Shown here piece by piece: positions 48,743 to 58,282 of a DNA stretch of 64,000 nt (positions are counted from its first letter, which is position 1; every line of letters starts with the position of its first letter). The notes under the pieces are model-generated. The model searched no databases. It saw nothing but the letters and a program-made list of their open reading frames with translations, and had not been told where the DNA came from. Both the position numbers and the translations under genes were made by a program. The stretch comes from Candidatus Saelkia tenebricola. GTDB taxonomy: Bacteria; Omnitrophota; Gorgyraeia; Kaelpiales; Kaelpiaceae. Where the stretch lies: the NCBI GenBank assembly GCA_030765145.1, contig JAVCDA010000002.1:16320-80319 (forward strand), written 5' to 3'.

Positions 48743-49748
48743 TTTTAAAATATGCTCTTATTTGGTTTAATTTTTCCAAAACTTTTTTATCTTTCAACAA
48801 AACTTTTATTTTTTCATATCCTTCACGAGGATTTTTTACTTCATCCAGCATAAATAAAGTCCACCCGGCATTGAGGGCAATAGCATCTAATTCAGGAGAA
48901 TTTATACCATTTAAGACTTTCTCTGCTTTTTCTTTTGATTCGATAAGATTAGATACTTTTAATGCATTCGGAGATAAATTTTGATAATTTAAGTCTATTG
49001 GCATAATTTCAATATCTGTAATCTCTCCATTTTTAAGCAGCTTGGCTGAAGTAGTCGTAAATATCGATATTTCATCCATACCGTCATTTGCATAAACTAT
49101 CAGCGCAGCATTCAAATTCAGATTCTTAAGAGCATTTGCAACAGGATCAAGTAGCTTCTTGTCATATACACCGAGTATCTGATAATTTGGGTTCGCTGGA
49201 TTTGCCAAAGGCCCTAAAATATTGAATATTGTTCTCATCCGGAGATGTTTTCTTACCGGCATGGCATATTTCATTGCCGGATGATAATAGGGGGCAAAAA
49301 TATATCCAAAACCAACCTCTTCTATAGCTTTTTCTAATATATTCTTATCTTTAATGAGAGGTATTCCTAAAGATTCAATTAAATCAGCGCTTCCGCAAGA
49401 GCTTGAAACAGAACGGTTTCCGTGTTTAGCAACAGGTATTCCATATGCTGCAAGCACGAGTGAAACAATGGTTGAAATATTGAAGGTATAAAGTCCATCT
49501 CCACCCGTCCCGCAGGTATCTATCAATCTGCTAACTTTAGGACGAATAGGTATTGCTTTTTCTCTTAAAACAGAAGCTGCAGCAGCTATCTCATCAGGAG
49601 TTTCAGTTTTCTCCTTAAGAGTGGTGAGAAATGAGGAGATTTCATCAAAAGATGCAGTTCCGGTCATAATTTCCCCCATTACAGCCTTCATAATATCTGA
49701 AGTAAGATTTATCTTCTTTGTTAATAATTTAATAGCATCGTTTATCAT
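48726..49748 (-). CDS. trpD: Anthranilate phosphoribosyltransferase
   Basis: DTCGTGGDG..TFNIST, AKHGNRSVSS..GSAD, RTIFN.LGPL.NP, GMDE. Confidence 0.98.
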   Translation of the reverse strand: MINDAIKLLTKKINLTSDIMKAVMGEIMTGTASFDEISSFLTTLKEKTETPDEIAAAASVLREKAIPIRPKVSRLIDTCGTGGDGLYTFNISTIVSLVLAAYGIPVAKHGNRSVSSSCGSADLIESLGIPLIKDKNILEKAIEEVGFGYIFAPYYHPAMKYAMPVRKHLRMRTIFNILGPLANPANPNYQILGVYDKKLLDPVANALKNLNLNAALIVYANDGMDEISIFTTTSAKLLKNGEITDIEIMPIDLNYQNLSPNALKVSNLIESKEKAEKVLNGINSPELDAIALNAGWTLFMLDEVKNPREGYEKIKVLLKDKKVLEKLNQIRAYFKNVYSE

Positions 49749-49756
49749 AACTTATT

Positions 49757-49785
49757 ATTTTATAATATAAGGGTTTTAATTACAA
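49757..49785 (-). promoter_or_regulatory. Putative leaderless sigma70 promoter of trpD and downstream genes
   Basis: Minus strand TTGTAA-17 nt-TAAAAT, 8 nt before the ATG; no SD and no room for an attenuator. Confidence 0.5.
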
Positions 49786-49820
49786 TTTTATTCTTGGGAT
49801 TTGCAGAATTAAAGGTTTTT

Positions 49821-50144
49821 CTATACCTCTTTTACTTCACTGTCCAGCCATTTTAAATAATCGCTGTTTCCTTCAACAACGGGTAAAGCCATAATTTCGG
49901 GCATTTGATACGGATGTATTTTCTTGATAGCCTTTTCTATTTTATTATAGAGTGCTTTTTTGCTTTTTATGATACAAATCCATTCATTGGCGTTTTCTAC
50001 ATTACCTTCCCACCAATAAGAGCTTTTTACAGGGCCTAATACTTGGGTGCAGGCTGCGAGTTTTTCCTGAATTAAATCTTCTGCTATTTTTTCAGCATTC
50101 TCTTTGCTGTCGGTTGATGTGATTATCTGGATATATTCTCCCAT
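49821..50144 (-). CDS. cutA: Divalent-cation tolerance protein CutA
   Basis: Start adjusted to MGEYIQ (GGAGG SD); KLAAC, S.Y.WEG, HPY..PEI. Confidence 0.95.
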   Translation of the reverse strand: MGEYIQIITSTDSKENAEKIAEDLIQEKLAACTQVLGPVKSSYWWEGNVENANEWICIIKSKKALYNKIEKAIKKIHPYQMPEIMALPVVEGNSDYLKWLDSEVKEV

Positions 50145-51624
50145 AAGAGCCTCCTTCTTCTTGCAACCTTTTAAGGATATCAACCATGCCTCTGGTATCT
50201 AAGTCACAATATTTCTCTAGTGAGGCGTAAATATCGCGACGTTTTTTCTCATCTGTATCTTTATTAAACGTTACCGTATAATACTGAATACTTGCTTCTC
50301 CTCCATCGGCAATTTCCATGTCTTTATAACTATCTTTAGTAAGAACAGGGAGCACTTTTTTAAGCGAATTGCTACCCTGTTGAGAAGGATGATGGTAAAA
50401 AAAACTCCTGAATGGCATCAACAAATCAGAGAATCTACTCTCAATCTCATCAAACCAATCCTGATATTGAGTAAAAACCTCACTTGACTTCCTGAGTACA
50501 TTTATTTCAAAATTAGCGTTATAGGCTATAATAGAACCACGTAAACCTAATAATTTTTTAAGATTTTTTAAAACTTCAATTCTGGGATCTTCTTCACCTT
50601 GTGCAAGATAGGCATATACATCAGGTTTTACTCCCTCTTCTCTTATAACATATAAAACATATTGGAACGGAATATATTCATAAGGCCTTGATAAATCATA
50701 AATCGGAATAGCTGGATTTATGGTTTCAAAATCCAAAAAATAAAGCGGATATTCCAACTTGCTCACAAACTCTCGCAGAGCTTCTTTGTTTACATAAGGA
50801 GTCTGTTCCTTATAACTTTTAAGTTGAATAGTTTGCTTTTCACTGAGTATGAAATCATCAGGGATATCTTTGATATCCAAAATACCCATATCCAAAAGAT
50901 CAAAAGCCAATGTTTTCCCTCTGTAAAGGTTAAATACATTACTCCCAGTAGGAAGAAAACTCCAGCAAATATATTTAAGAGGACATTGATAAGGCTTATC
51001 ACACTGTTGGCCTATGGGTGTATCGGGACATTTTTTAGAATCAATGGTCTTAAACATATTGGCAATATTCTCTTCTATAGTATTGATATTTTCCTCTACT
51101 TCATAGCTGATATTCTCAATACTGAAGAGGCTTAGAGGGTCAATTTCACCATGTTTAATATATTCGTTATTAATATGAACAAGAAAGCAGTTTTTGATTT
51201 TCAGCCCGGATTTTTCCAAACAGTATCTCTGGAAAGCAACATCGTTAATATGTTCTTTTTTAACCCGGGTTGTACTTTTAACCTCAATAATATCCCATGA
51301 ATCATCTTCTGCAGGATTTAAGATGTCTATTCTGGAATACAGATTGTTTGTTAAAATACCTGCTTCAAATAACGAGTTGCGTTGTTTCAGAAGTTCTTTA
51401 GTTTGATTGATATTGGTCATGAAGGCTGTTTTAGGAATATCAATCCCTTGAGGATATAATCTTTTAGCTAAATCACCTACTAATTGACCCTGTTGAAATC
51501 TAAATTGAGTAGCTAAATCAAAATCAGGTATTTTATCCGGTTCATTATACTTAGTCCATAAATATTTAGGACATTGTAATCCAATTAAATACTTTGATTT
51601 TGTAAGCAGCTTGCTATAAGCCAT
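50092..51624 (-). CDS. DUF2779 domain protein (PD-(D/E)xK nuclease-like + RNase H-like domains)
   Basis: LTKSKY..GLQCPK.LW, DIL...WDIIEVKST, LYFLDFET, IPFQ, AYNA.FE, SLK.VLP, YC.LDT. Confidence 0.88.
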   Translation of the reverse strand: MAYSKLLTKSKYLIGLQCPKYLWTKYNEPDKIPDFDLATQFRFQQGQLVGDLAKRLYPQGIDIPKTAFMTNINQTKELLKQRNSLFEAGILTNNLYSRIDILNPAEDDSWDIIEVKSTTRVKKEHINDVAFQRYCLEKSGLKIKNCFLVHINNEYIKHGEIDPLSLFSIENISYEVEENINTIEENIANMFKTIDSKKCPDTPIGQQCDKPYQCPLKYICWSFLPTGSNVFNLYRGKTLAFDLLDMGILDIKDIPDDFILSEKQTIQLKSYKEQTPYVNKEALREFVSKLEYPLYFLDFETINPAIPIYDLSRPYEYIPFQYVLYVIREEGVKPDVYAYLAQGEEDPRIEVLKNLKKLLGLRGSIIAYNANFEINVLRKSSEVFTQYQDWFDEIESRFSDLLMPFRSFFYHHPSQQGSNSLKKVLPVLTKDSYKDMEIADGGEASIQYYTVTFNKDTDEKKRRDIYASLEKYCDLDTRGMVDILKRLQEEGGSYGRIYPDNHINRQQREC

Positions 51625-51673
51625 CTAAAAGAGAATCTTCAAGAAAAACTAAATTTGTTTATAAATTCAAACT

Positions 51674-51913
51674 TTATTCCATATGACTCAGTGCTTCCTG
51701 CATCAAAGGAAGAATACCTTCTACCTCCTCCTTAGTTATACGGCCGAGCTTTGCAAATCTTAATTCACCGGAAGGTCCCTGACTTTCTCTTGAAATCTGA
51801 AGTTTTTTTGTTCCCTTATTGTAAGAATATACGCTAACTGTAAGACGCTCTACATCAGTTTCCCAGACAGCAGAAAACAGAGATTCATCTAAAGTAGGGT
51901 CATAACCTGGCAT
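51674..51913 (-). CDS. Small hypothetical protein, possible PC4/YdbC-like nucleic-acid-binding fold
   Basis: AGGAGG SD; VSVYSYN.G..KLQISRE...KLGRIT.EE pattern. Confidence 0.75.
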   Translation of the reverse strand: MPGYDPTLDESLFSAVWETDVERLTVSVYSYNKGTKKLQISRESQGPSGELRFAKLGRITKEEVEGILPLMQEALSHME

Positions 51914-51929
51914 ATCAATCCTCCTTTTT

Positions 51930-51972
51930 GTATGATTTATAGAATCATACTATATCTGACAGTAATATTCAA
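51930..51972 (-). promoter_or_regulatory. Sigma70 promoter overlapped by a perfect 8-bp inverted repeat (candidate operator)
   Basis: Minus strand TTGAAT-17 nt-TATGAT; GTATGATT-N5-AATCATAC at 51930-51950 covers the -10 box and start region. Confidence 0.55.
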
Positions 51973-51975
51973 CAA

Positions 51976-52968
51976 TTATGATTTCTCAGGAGGAGCCATA
52001 AATTCAGCTCCTATAGGTTCTGGCAGAGATTCCTTAATTATTTTTTCTATTGTATTTTTTGCTTCCCTATCAAGCTCCCATCCCATAATCTCATTAACAA
52101 CCTCTAACTGTTCAGGTTGCCTGGCACCCCAAAGTGCAATATCAACCCCTTCATGATCTAAAACCCAACGCACAGCTATATAAATAATACCTTTATCGTA
52201 TTTACCTTGTGTAAACTCATTCAGCTTTTCAACCGCATTTAAATATTTACTATAATTAGGCTCCTGAAATTTAGGATCTATTTTTCTTATATCATCTCCC
52301 TTAAATTCAGTATCAGACTTCATTCTCCCGCTCAATAACCCCCGACATAATGTTCCATATGTTAAAGTCGTAATACCGTAAGTATGACAATACGGTAGGA
52401 CATCAAATACTGCACCCTGTTCAAAAAGATTAAATGGTGGTTGAGATGTGTGTAATGGAGAATACTCTCTGAATTTATCCATCTGCTGTGGAGAATAATT
52501 GCTTGCTCCAATAGCACGGATTTTACCATTTTTGTAAAGCTCATGCATAACATCAGCAGTCTTACCTATTGGAGTTGAGGCATCAGGCCAATGTACCTGA
52601 TAAATATCGATATAATCCGTACCTAAACGTTTTAACGACTCATCTATTTCTTTTAAAATTCTTTTTTTGCTGGAATTCCGAAAAATTTTATTTCCATCCC
52701 ACTCAAGCCCAACTTTTGTCGCAATAATGACATCTTCACGCCTGCCGTAAATAGCAAGAGCTTGGCCGATAATCTCTTCAGCTTTACCCATGCCGTATAC
52801 GGGAGCAGTATCTATCAAATTAACTCCTCTTTCTAGCGCAGCAAGAATAGTGTTGATAGCATCGTGCTCACTGGTCCCGCCCCAAAGCCAGCCGCCTATA
52901 GCCCAACTCCCAAGACCGATGCGGGAAACAGGCTGAATATCAGTATTCCTTATTTTCGTATATTTCAT
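51976..52968 (-). CDS. Aldo/keto reductase (YhdN-like general stress protein)
   Basis: GLGSWAIGG..WG, IDTAPVYG.G.AE, ATKVG, SL.RL.TDYIDIYQVHWPD, GKIRAIG.SN. Confidence 0.95.
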   Translation of the reverse strand: MKYTKIRNTDIQPVSRIGLGSWAIGGWLWGGTSEHDAINTILAALERGVNLIDTAPVYGMGKAEEIIGQALAIYGRREDVIIATKVGLEWDGNKIFRNSSKKRILKEIDESLKRLGTDYIDIYQVHWPDASTPIGKTADVMHELYKNGKIRAIGASNYSPQQMDKFREYSPLHTSQPPFNLFEQGAVFDVLPYCHTYGITTLTYGTLCRGLLSGRMKSDTEFKGDDIRKIDPKFQEPNYSKYLNAVEKLNEFTQGKYDKGIIYIAVRWVLDHEGVDIALWGARQPEQLEVVNEIMGWELDREAKNTIEKIIKESLPEPIGAEFMAPPEKS

Positions 52969-53074
52969 AATATTAATTATACAATATCAGAAAAAATACT
53001 TATATCGAAAACTGAAGGAGTATTTGTGGATTCTCTAATTAGTTTTTCAGTATATCTTATCTGCAAAAAAAGAT

Positions 53075-53851
53075 TTATTTTTGGGATTGGAAAATATTTT
53101 TGATTATATCCGTTGTTTTCCCTGCTACTCCCTCAACAACTTCCTTGGCCCCTCTTCCAAGACCACCGATAGTTTTATTCAAAACTCCAGTAGTTAAGTC
53201 TTCTATGGCGCGCAAATCAAAATCGATTAATTTTGCTATATTTGTTTTTATCAAAGCTTTTACAACAATTAGACGTGCCAGAGATTTAAAATCAGTGATA
53301 TTCTCATATTCCTCATCAATGTTTACTTTATATTCTTCAATCTCAGGTTCACCGCCTTTAGAATAATCTTTATAGATAACACGTTCGATTTTTAATTTTA
53401 ACATATCTATCTGAACGTTGTTTTTATCCGGGGTTTCTTTTTTTACTGCAAGCTTTTCTTTTTTTTGCGATTCTTTAATCACTTTCAAAGAGTTAAGGTT
53501 TAGCTCGCCATCTTCATTTTTTATTACCACAAATTCTTTCAAGTTAATTCTAATTTCTTTAAAGTAAATAGTACCTTTTAATATTGCAGGTAAATCATAA
53601 TTGATATATATCTCAGGCATCTCAACCATTAATCTGTCTTTAAAATTCGGAGGATTATATAATTTCATCTCTTCTATCCCTATGATAGTTTCTTTTATGC
53701 CCACGTTCATATCTTTAATACTAAGCTTAAGTCCGGTAAAAGCTTTTACCCCTTTTGAAACAGCAAAATTCACCACCAGGTTTTTAAATAAAAAAAGACA
53801 AACTATTAAAATTAGAGTAATTAAAGTCAGTATTTTAATTATTTTTTTCAT
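53075..53851 (-). CDS. AsmA-like envelope protein
   Basis: N-terminal TM; NPP.F, KNEDGELN motifs typical of short AsmA-like proteins. Confidence 0.6.
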   Translation of the reverse strand: MKKIIKILTLITLILIVCLFLFKNLVVNFAVSKGVKAFTGLKLSIKDMNVGIKETIIGIEEMKLYNPPNFKDRLMVEMPEIYINYDLPAILKGTIYFKEIRINLKEFVVIKNEDGELNLNSLKVIKESQKKEKLAVKKETPDKNNVQIDMLKLKIERVIYKDYSKGGEPEIEEYKVNIDEEYENITDFKSLARLIVVKALIKTNIAKLIDFDLRAIEDLTTGVLNKTIGGLGRGAKEVVEGVAGKTTDIIKNIFQSQK

Positions 53852-54019
53852 TTACTTCTCCTTTTTATTCAATTTTTATAGAAGTTTTACCAACATGACT
53901 AATAATAACATATTTAAAATCAGCTTTCAACATTTGAAACTCTTACAACTATTAAAATTAACTTGTTTTTAGATTAATTTTATGATTATATTATTCAAAG
54001 ATATTAAAAGGAGGAAATA

Positions 54020-54433
54020 ATGAGAATTGTTTTAAAGAAGGTTTTTATAGTAGGTTTGCTATTTATTATTACTGGTTGTAATTTGTCTCCTTCTGAATTG
54101 GGTAGATCTTTAGAATATAAAGGCAGTGATCTTTATTATACAGATACTGTGACAGAGACAGAGGCTCGGGTATTAGGCGACTACTTATCAGATACAGGCT
54201 TTTTTAAGGAAGATAACCCTGGGACAACACAAATAAGAAAAGAAGATGATGTATATCAATTACGTATGGTTGTAAAAGAAGGAACTGCAGACGATATAGA
54301 CTTTTTGAACAACGCTGCAATGTTTGCTGCCCATATATCAAAAGATGTTTTTAACGGTACTCAAGTTGAGATGCACCTTTGTAATAAAGATTTAGAAACT
54401 ATTCGAGTTGCTACATACAACCTTGTTGATTAA
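54020..54433 (+). CDS. Hypothetical lipoprotein
   Basis: AGGAGG SD; lipobox ITGC; no recognised family. Confidence 0.75.
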   Translation: MRIVLKKVFIVGLLFIITGCNLSPSELGRSLEYKGSDLYYTDTVTETEARVLGDYLSDTGFFKEDNPGTTQIRKEDDVYQLRMVVKEGTADDIDFLNNAAMFAAHISKDVFNGTQVEMHLCNKDLETIRVATYNLVD

Positions 54434-54463
54434 GAATAATCTGTAATTTCTTAAATATACTTT

Positions 54464-54883
54464 TTATTCTCCGATAATTTTAATTAAAATACGTTTTTTT
54501 CTCCTGCCGTCGAATTCAGCGTAGAAGATTTGCTCCCAGGGGCCTAAATCTAATACCCCATTTGTAACAGCAACAACCACTTCTCTTCCCATAATTTGGC
54601 GTTTAAGATGGGCATCACCGTTATCTTCCATAGTTCTGTTATGCAGATATTGAGAAGTCGGCTCATGAGGAGCCAATTTCTCAAGCCACCTCTCATAATC
54701 CTCTATTAATCCATTTTCATCATCATTAATATACACACTTGCTGTAATATGCATAGCATTCACCAGGCATAAACCTTCCCTAACCCCGCTTTTTTTAACC
54801 AGTTCCTCAATCTTACCGGTTATATTAATGTATGCCCGGCGGGTTTTTGTATTAAACCATAAGTATTCAGTTAGAAATTTCAC
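54464..54883 (-). CDS. yjbQ: YjbQ/UPF0047 family protein
   Basis: [37 protein letters not shown]. Confidence 0.95.
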   Translation of the reverse strand: MKFLTEYLWFNTKTRRAYINITGKIEELVKKSGVREGLCLVNAMHITASVYINDDENGLIEDYERWLEKLAPHEPTSQYLHNRTMEDNGDAHLKRQIMGREVVVAVTNGVLDLGPWEQIFYAEFDGRRKKRILIKIIGE

Positions 54884-54890
54884 TTATTAA

Positions 54891-56297
54891 CTAATCCGCC
54901 TTCAGGTAAACGCTTTCACCTTTCTTAGGCACATGTGGTTTTATATCCAATTTTCTGCGCATTGATTCTCTTAATATTTCCAGCTGCTCCGGCTCACCGT
55001 GAACAAGGAAAACTTTTTTTAATTGACCTTTACAACCCTGGGCATACTGTAAGAGACCCTTTTTATCTGCATGAGAACTAAAGGCATTAACAAGGACAAC
55101 TTCTGCTTTTAAATCATAAAGCTGTCCGAATATACGCACTGTATCTCTTTTCTCAACAATTCGTTTACCTAATGTATCCTTTGCCATAAAACCGATAACA
55201 ATAATAGTATTTCTGGGATTTTCAATATTATTTTTTAAATGATGTAGTATTCTTCCGTTTTCACACATTCCAGATGCAGATATAATTATTGAGGGTTTCG
55301 TAACGCCGTGTAATTTTTTAGAAGCATTTACATCTTTGATATATGTAATATTCCCGTATCCTAAGGGATCTTCTTTATCCAGAAATGCTCTTGCTGTTGC
55401 CTCGTCAAAGTACTGTGCATTATCCCTGAATACCTCTGTTAAATTGACTGCCAGCGGACCGTCAACATATATAGGAATTTTTTTAATCTTCTTTTTTCTC
55501 ATAAGCTCACTTATAAAAAATACAATTAATTGCGTTCTCTCAAGAGCAAAAGAAGGTATTATAATTTTCCCCCCACGCTTAATTGTCCTTGTTATAATAT
55601 CGGCAAGTTTTACCTCTGCATCTTTTATGTCATCATGCAGTCTTTTCCCGTATGTGCTCTCTATTATAAGGTAATCAACATCTTTGGGTATTTCAGGATT
55701 ACGTAAGAGCGGCATATCAACGCGTCCTAAATCAACAGCATATGCTATTCTGATAGATTTTTTCCTTGTTTTTACCTCAAGCATAGCTACTGCTGCACCT
55801 AAAATATGGCCCGACTCATAGAAAGTGAGGGTTACATCTTTTGTTAAAGGAAACTCTCTGTGATAATCTATGGGTCTTAGATATTTAAGAGCTTTTTTGG
55901 CTTCTTTCTGGGTATAGAGAGGTTCTCTAGCCGGAAGGCCACGGCGCTTGTTTATTTTATTAACGTATTTTATGTCTTCTTCTTGGACAAATCCTGAATC
56001 CATAAGCATATAGTGGCAAAGATCTCGCGTTGCTGGAGTGCAATACACAGAAGACCTGAACCCTTTTTTTATTAATGTCGGAATATTCCCACAATGGTCA
56101 ATATGGGCATGAGATAAAACACAGGCATCAATATTATGTGGGTTGAATGAAAAATACGAATTTATTTTATAATATTCATCACGTTTTCCTTGAAAAAGTC
56201 CACAGTCTATAAGTATTTTAGATTTAGGTGTTGAGAGAAGATGCGTTGAGCCTGTAACTGTTCCTGCCCCGCCGCAAAACTTTAAAGATACCGCCAC
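54891..56297 (-). CDS. Metallo-beta-lactamase beta-CASP family RNA-metabolising hydrolase
   Basis: VTGS, DCGLFQG, SHAHIDHCG, GHILG, ESTYG, ASGMCE.GRILHHL, FSSHAD, LVHGE. Confidence 0.95.
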   Translation of the reverse strand: MAVSLKFCGGAGTVTGSTHLLSTPKSKILIDCGLFQGKRDEYYKINSYFSFNPHNIDACVLSHAHIDHCGNIPTLIKKGFRSSVYCTPATRDLCHYMLMDSGFVQEEDIKYVNKINKRRGLPAREPLYTQKEAKKALKYLRPIDYHREFPLTKDVTLTFYESGHILGAAVAMLEVKTRKKSIRIAYAVDLGRVDMPLLRNPEIPKDVDYLIIESTYGKRLHDDIKDAEVKLADIITRTIKRGGKIIIPSFALERTQLIVFFISELMRKKKIKKIPIYVDGPLAVNLTEVFRDNAQYFDEATARAFLDKEDPLGYGNITYIKDVNASKKLHGVTKPSIIISASGMCENGRILHHLKNNIENPRNTIIVIGFMAKDTLGKRIVEKRDTVRIFGQLYDLKAEVVLVNAFSSHADKKGLLQYAQGCKGQLKKVFLVHGEPEQLEILRESMRRKLDIKPHVPKKGESVYLKAD

Positions 56298-56531
56298 TTT
56301 TCACCTCCTGAGAAAACAGGTTAATATTAAAATTTTAAAACGTCCATTTATTATATCAAGAAAATATGAAATGGGAAGAAACTACATTTAAAGCAAAAAA
56401 TTGATTCGCCAAAACACATGATATCTAACATAAGATCCTAAAACAACTCTTTATGTTTTTACTGTTAATTTTTTAGGAACCATTGTTCTACATAATTCGA
56501 ATACAATGTTATTCTACTACAATATTATCCC

Positions 56532-57164
56532 TTAATTTTTCAAAGAGTTATATTCTTTAATCAGAGTCTGGATAGAATCTTTGATGAGTGAAAATCGACG
56601 ATTTTTAAGCCATTCTTCCTTGAAGATACTTGAACCAAAAGCAACTGCCGATGTTCCGGATAAGAAAAATTCTCCTATATTTTCAGCTGACACACCGCCA
56701 CAGGCAAGAATCTCAATATCTTGCAACGGAGCTTTTATCTCTTTTATATATGAGGGGCCGAAAAACTTAAGAGGAAATACTTTTACCATAGTAGCCCCTG
56801 CACAATGAGCATTGTATATTTCATGAGGAGTCAATGCTCCTGGAAATACAGGTATTCTATTCTTAATGCAGAACTTTACAACTTCATCTATTAAAACAGG
56901 TGAGACTATAAACGTTGCTCCGGAATCTATTGCTGTATGTAGATCTTCAAGCGTTAACACAGTTCCCGCACCTATCATAAGGCAATCGTGGGATTTTTTT
57001 ACCATCCGTCGTAATAGCTGTGGAGCTCCTGGAGTATTCATAGTGATTTCAAGAGTTCTAAGACCTGATGCAATTACAACATCAATAATCTCATCGATTA
57101 TATCTAATTCTACCCCTCGTAATATCCCTAAGACAGGTAACTTTTTGAACTTCTCTATATCCAT
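56532..57164 (-). CDS. eda: KHG/KDPG aldolase
   Basis: GILRG, EIT, IGAGTVL, FIVSP, PGA.TP.E, VKVFP, GGV. Confidence 0.92.
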   Translation of the reverse strand: MDIEKFKKLPVLGILRGVELDIIDEIIDVVIASGLRTLEITMNTPGAPQLLRRMVKKSHDCLMIGAGTVLTLEDLHTAIDSGATFIVSPVLIDEVVKFCIKNRIPVFPGALTPHEIYNAHCAGATMVKVFPLKFFGPSYIKEIKAPLQDIEILACGGVSAENIGEFFLSGTSAVAFGSSIFKEEWLKNRRFSLIKDSIQTLIKEYNSLKN

Positions 57165-58115
57165 TCAGTCTAATTCCACATCTATTAAACTCTCGTAAAA
57201 TTCGCGATAATTTTCTTTTTCCTCGCTATTACGTAATGCCATAGCTGCTCTGGGGTGCTCGTTCATCATACCCGATATAGCATAAGGAATAATGTAACCC
57301 CACTCTATTTTTTCTCTTAAGGGAATAAATTCATCAGATATCAAATCCAAAATTGGACGGATATCAAACTTTGGATTCTTTAAGAATCCAATTAATAATT
57401 CCAAAGTACAATTTCCTGCTGCGCGTCCTATGCCATATACTGTTCCATCGAGATAATTAACACCATGAATAATTGCCTCAATAGTATTGCCAAAAGCGAG
57501 CTGCTGGTTGTTGTGTCCGTGAAACCCCACTTCTTTTGTCTTTAAAATAGTTTTGAACTTCTTTACCAACCATTCAACAGACTCTTGATATAACGCTCCG
57601 AAACTGTCTACAATGTACACTGCCTGGACCCGACTTTCTTTTTCAATCTGATGCAGCGCTTCATCTAATTCAGGTCCTTGGTCGCGGGAAATGGCCATAA
57701 TATTAATAGTCGTCTCATAGCCCTTCTTGTCAAAATCATTTGTCATATGTATTGCCTTATCAATATCTTTAACGTAAGAGGCAACCCTTATCATGTCTAC
57801 TGGACTTTCACATGAAGGTTTAATATCGTCCAACTCAACACGCCCTACATCAACCATAATAGAAATCTTTGTTTTGGATTCAACACCGTCAATTGTTTTG
57901 CTAATAAGTTCATCTTCACAAAACTTCCAAGCGCCGAATTCTTTAGATGAGAAAAGATTCTTAGAATTTCGATAGCCTATTTCCATGTAATCAACTCCAG
58001 CCTCAGATAGAGCTTTATAAACTGTTTTTACAAATCGTTCTTCAAAAAAATGATTATTAATGAGTCCTCCGTCACGAATAGTACAATCAAACACTTTTAT
58101 TTGCGGTCTATACAT
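57165..58115 (-). CDS. DRE-TIM (HMGL-like) aldolase catalytic domain protein
   Basis: DCTIRDGG, VDSFG, GFHGHNNQQLAF.N, G.GR.AGNC..E. Confidence 0.88.
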   Translation of the reverse strand: MYRPQIKVFDCTIRDGGLINNHFFEERFVKTVYKALSEAGVDYMEIGYRNSKNLFSSKEFGAWKFCEDELISKTIDGVESKTKISIMVDVGRVELDDIKPSCESPVDMIRVASYVKDIDKAIHMTNDFDKKGYETTINIMAISRDQGPELDEALHQIEKESRVQAVYIVDSFGALYQESVEWLVKKFKTILKTKEVGFHGHNNQQLAFGNTIEAIIHGVNYLDGTVYGIGRAAGNCTLELLIGFLKNPKFDIRPILDLISDEFIPLREKIEWGYIIPYAISGMMNEHPRAAMALRNSEEKENYREFYESLIDVELD

Positions 58116-58227
58116 TTTTTCTCCTTTTTTAATGATTTATTCGGGAGGTAATTATACCAAACATCAAGATTATTATACAACTAATACCTTCGAAAATTGC
58201 CCAGATGCAATCGATTAGGCTATTATT

Positions 58228-58261
58228 AAAAAAAAGTGCACAGCAAATGCTGTGCACTTTT
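58228..58261 (-). terminator. Rho-independent terminator downstream of ilvC
   Basis: AAAAGTGCACAGC-aaat-GCTGTGCACTTTT perfect hairpin with an A8 run (U tract on the minus strand) just after the ilvC stop. Confidence 0.88.
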
Positions 58262-58282
58262 GGGTTTTTGAAATCAGAAAAA

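Noticed and set aside
42651-50183. N-terminal extensions of rpe (to 43415) and cutA (to 50183) in the ORF track
   Set aside because: They overlap upstream genes; downstream ATGs with good SD sites match the family N-termini.
50092-51624. Cas4-like motifs as evidence of a CRISPR-Cas locus
   Set aside because: No repeat-spacer array or other cas genes in the window; the protein fits DUF2779.
56340-56531. Intergenic region upstream of the beta-CASP gene as a possible riboswitch
   Set aside because: Only weak AT-rich complementarity and no recognisable riboswitch consensus; a promoter-like TGATATAAT explains part of it.
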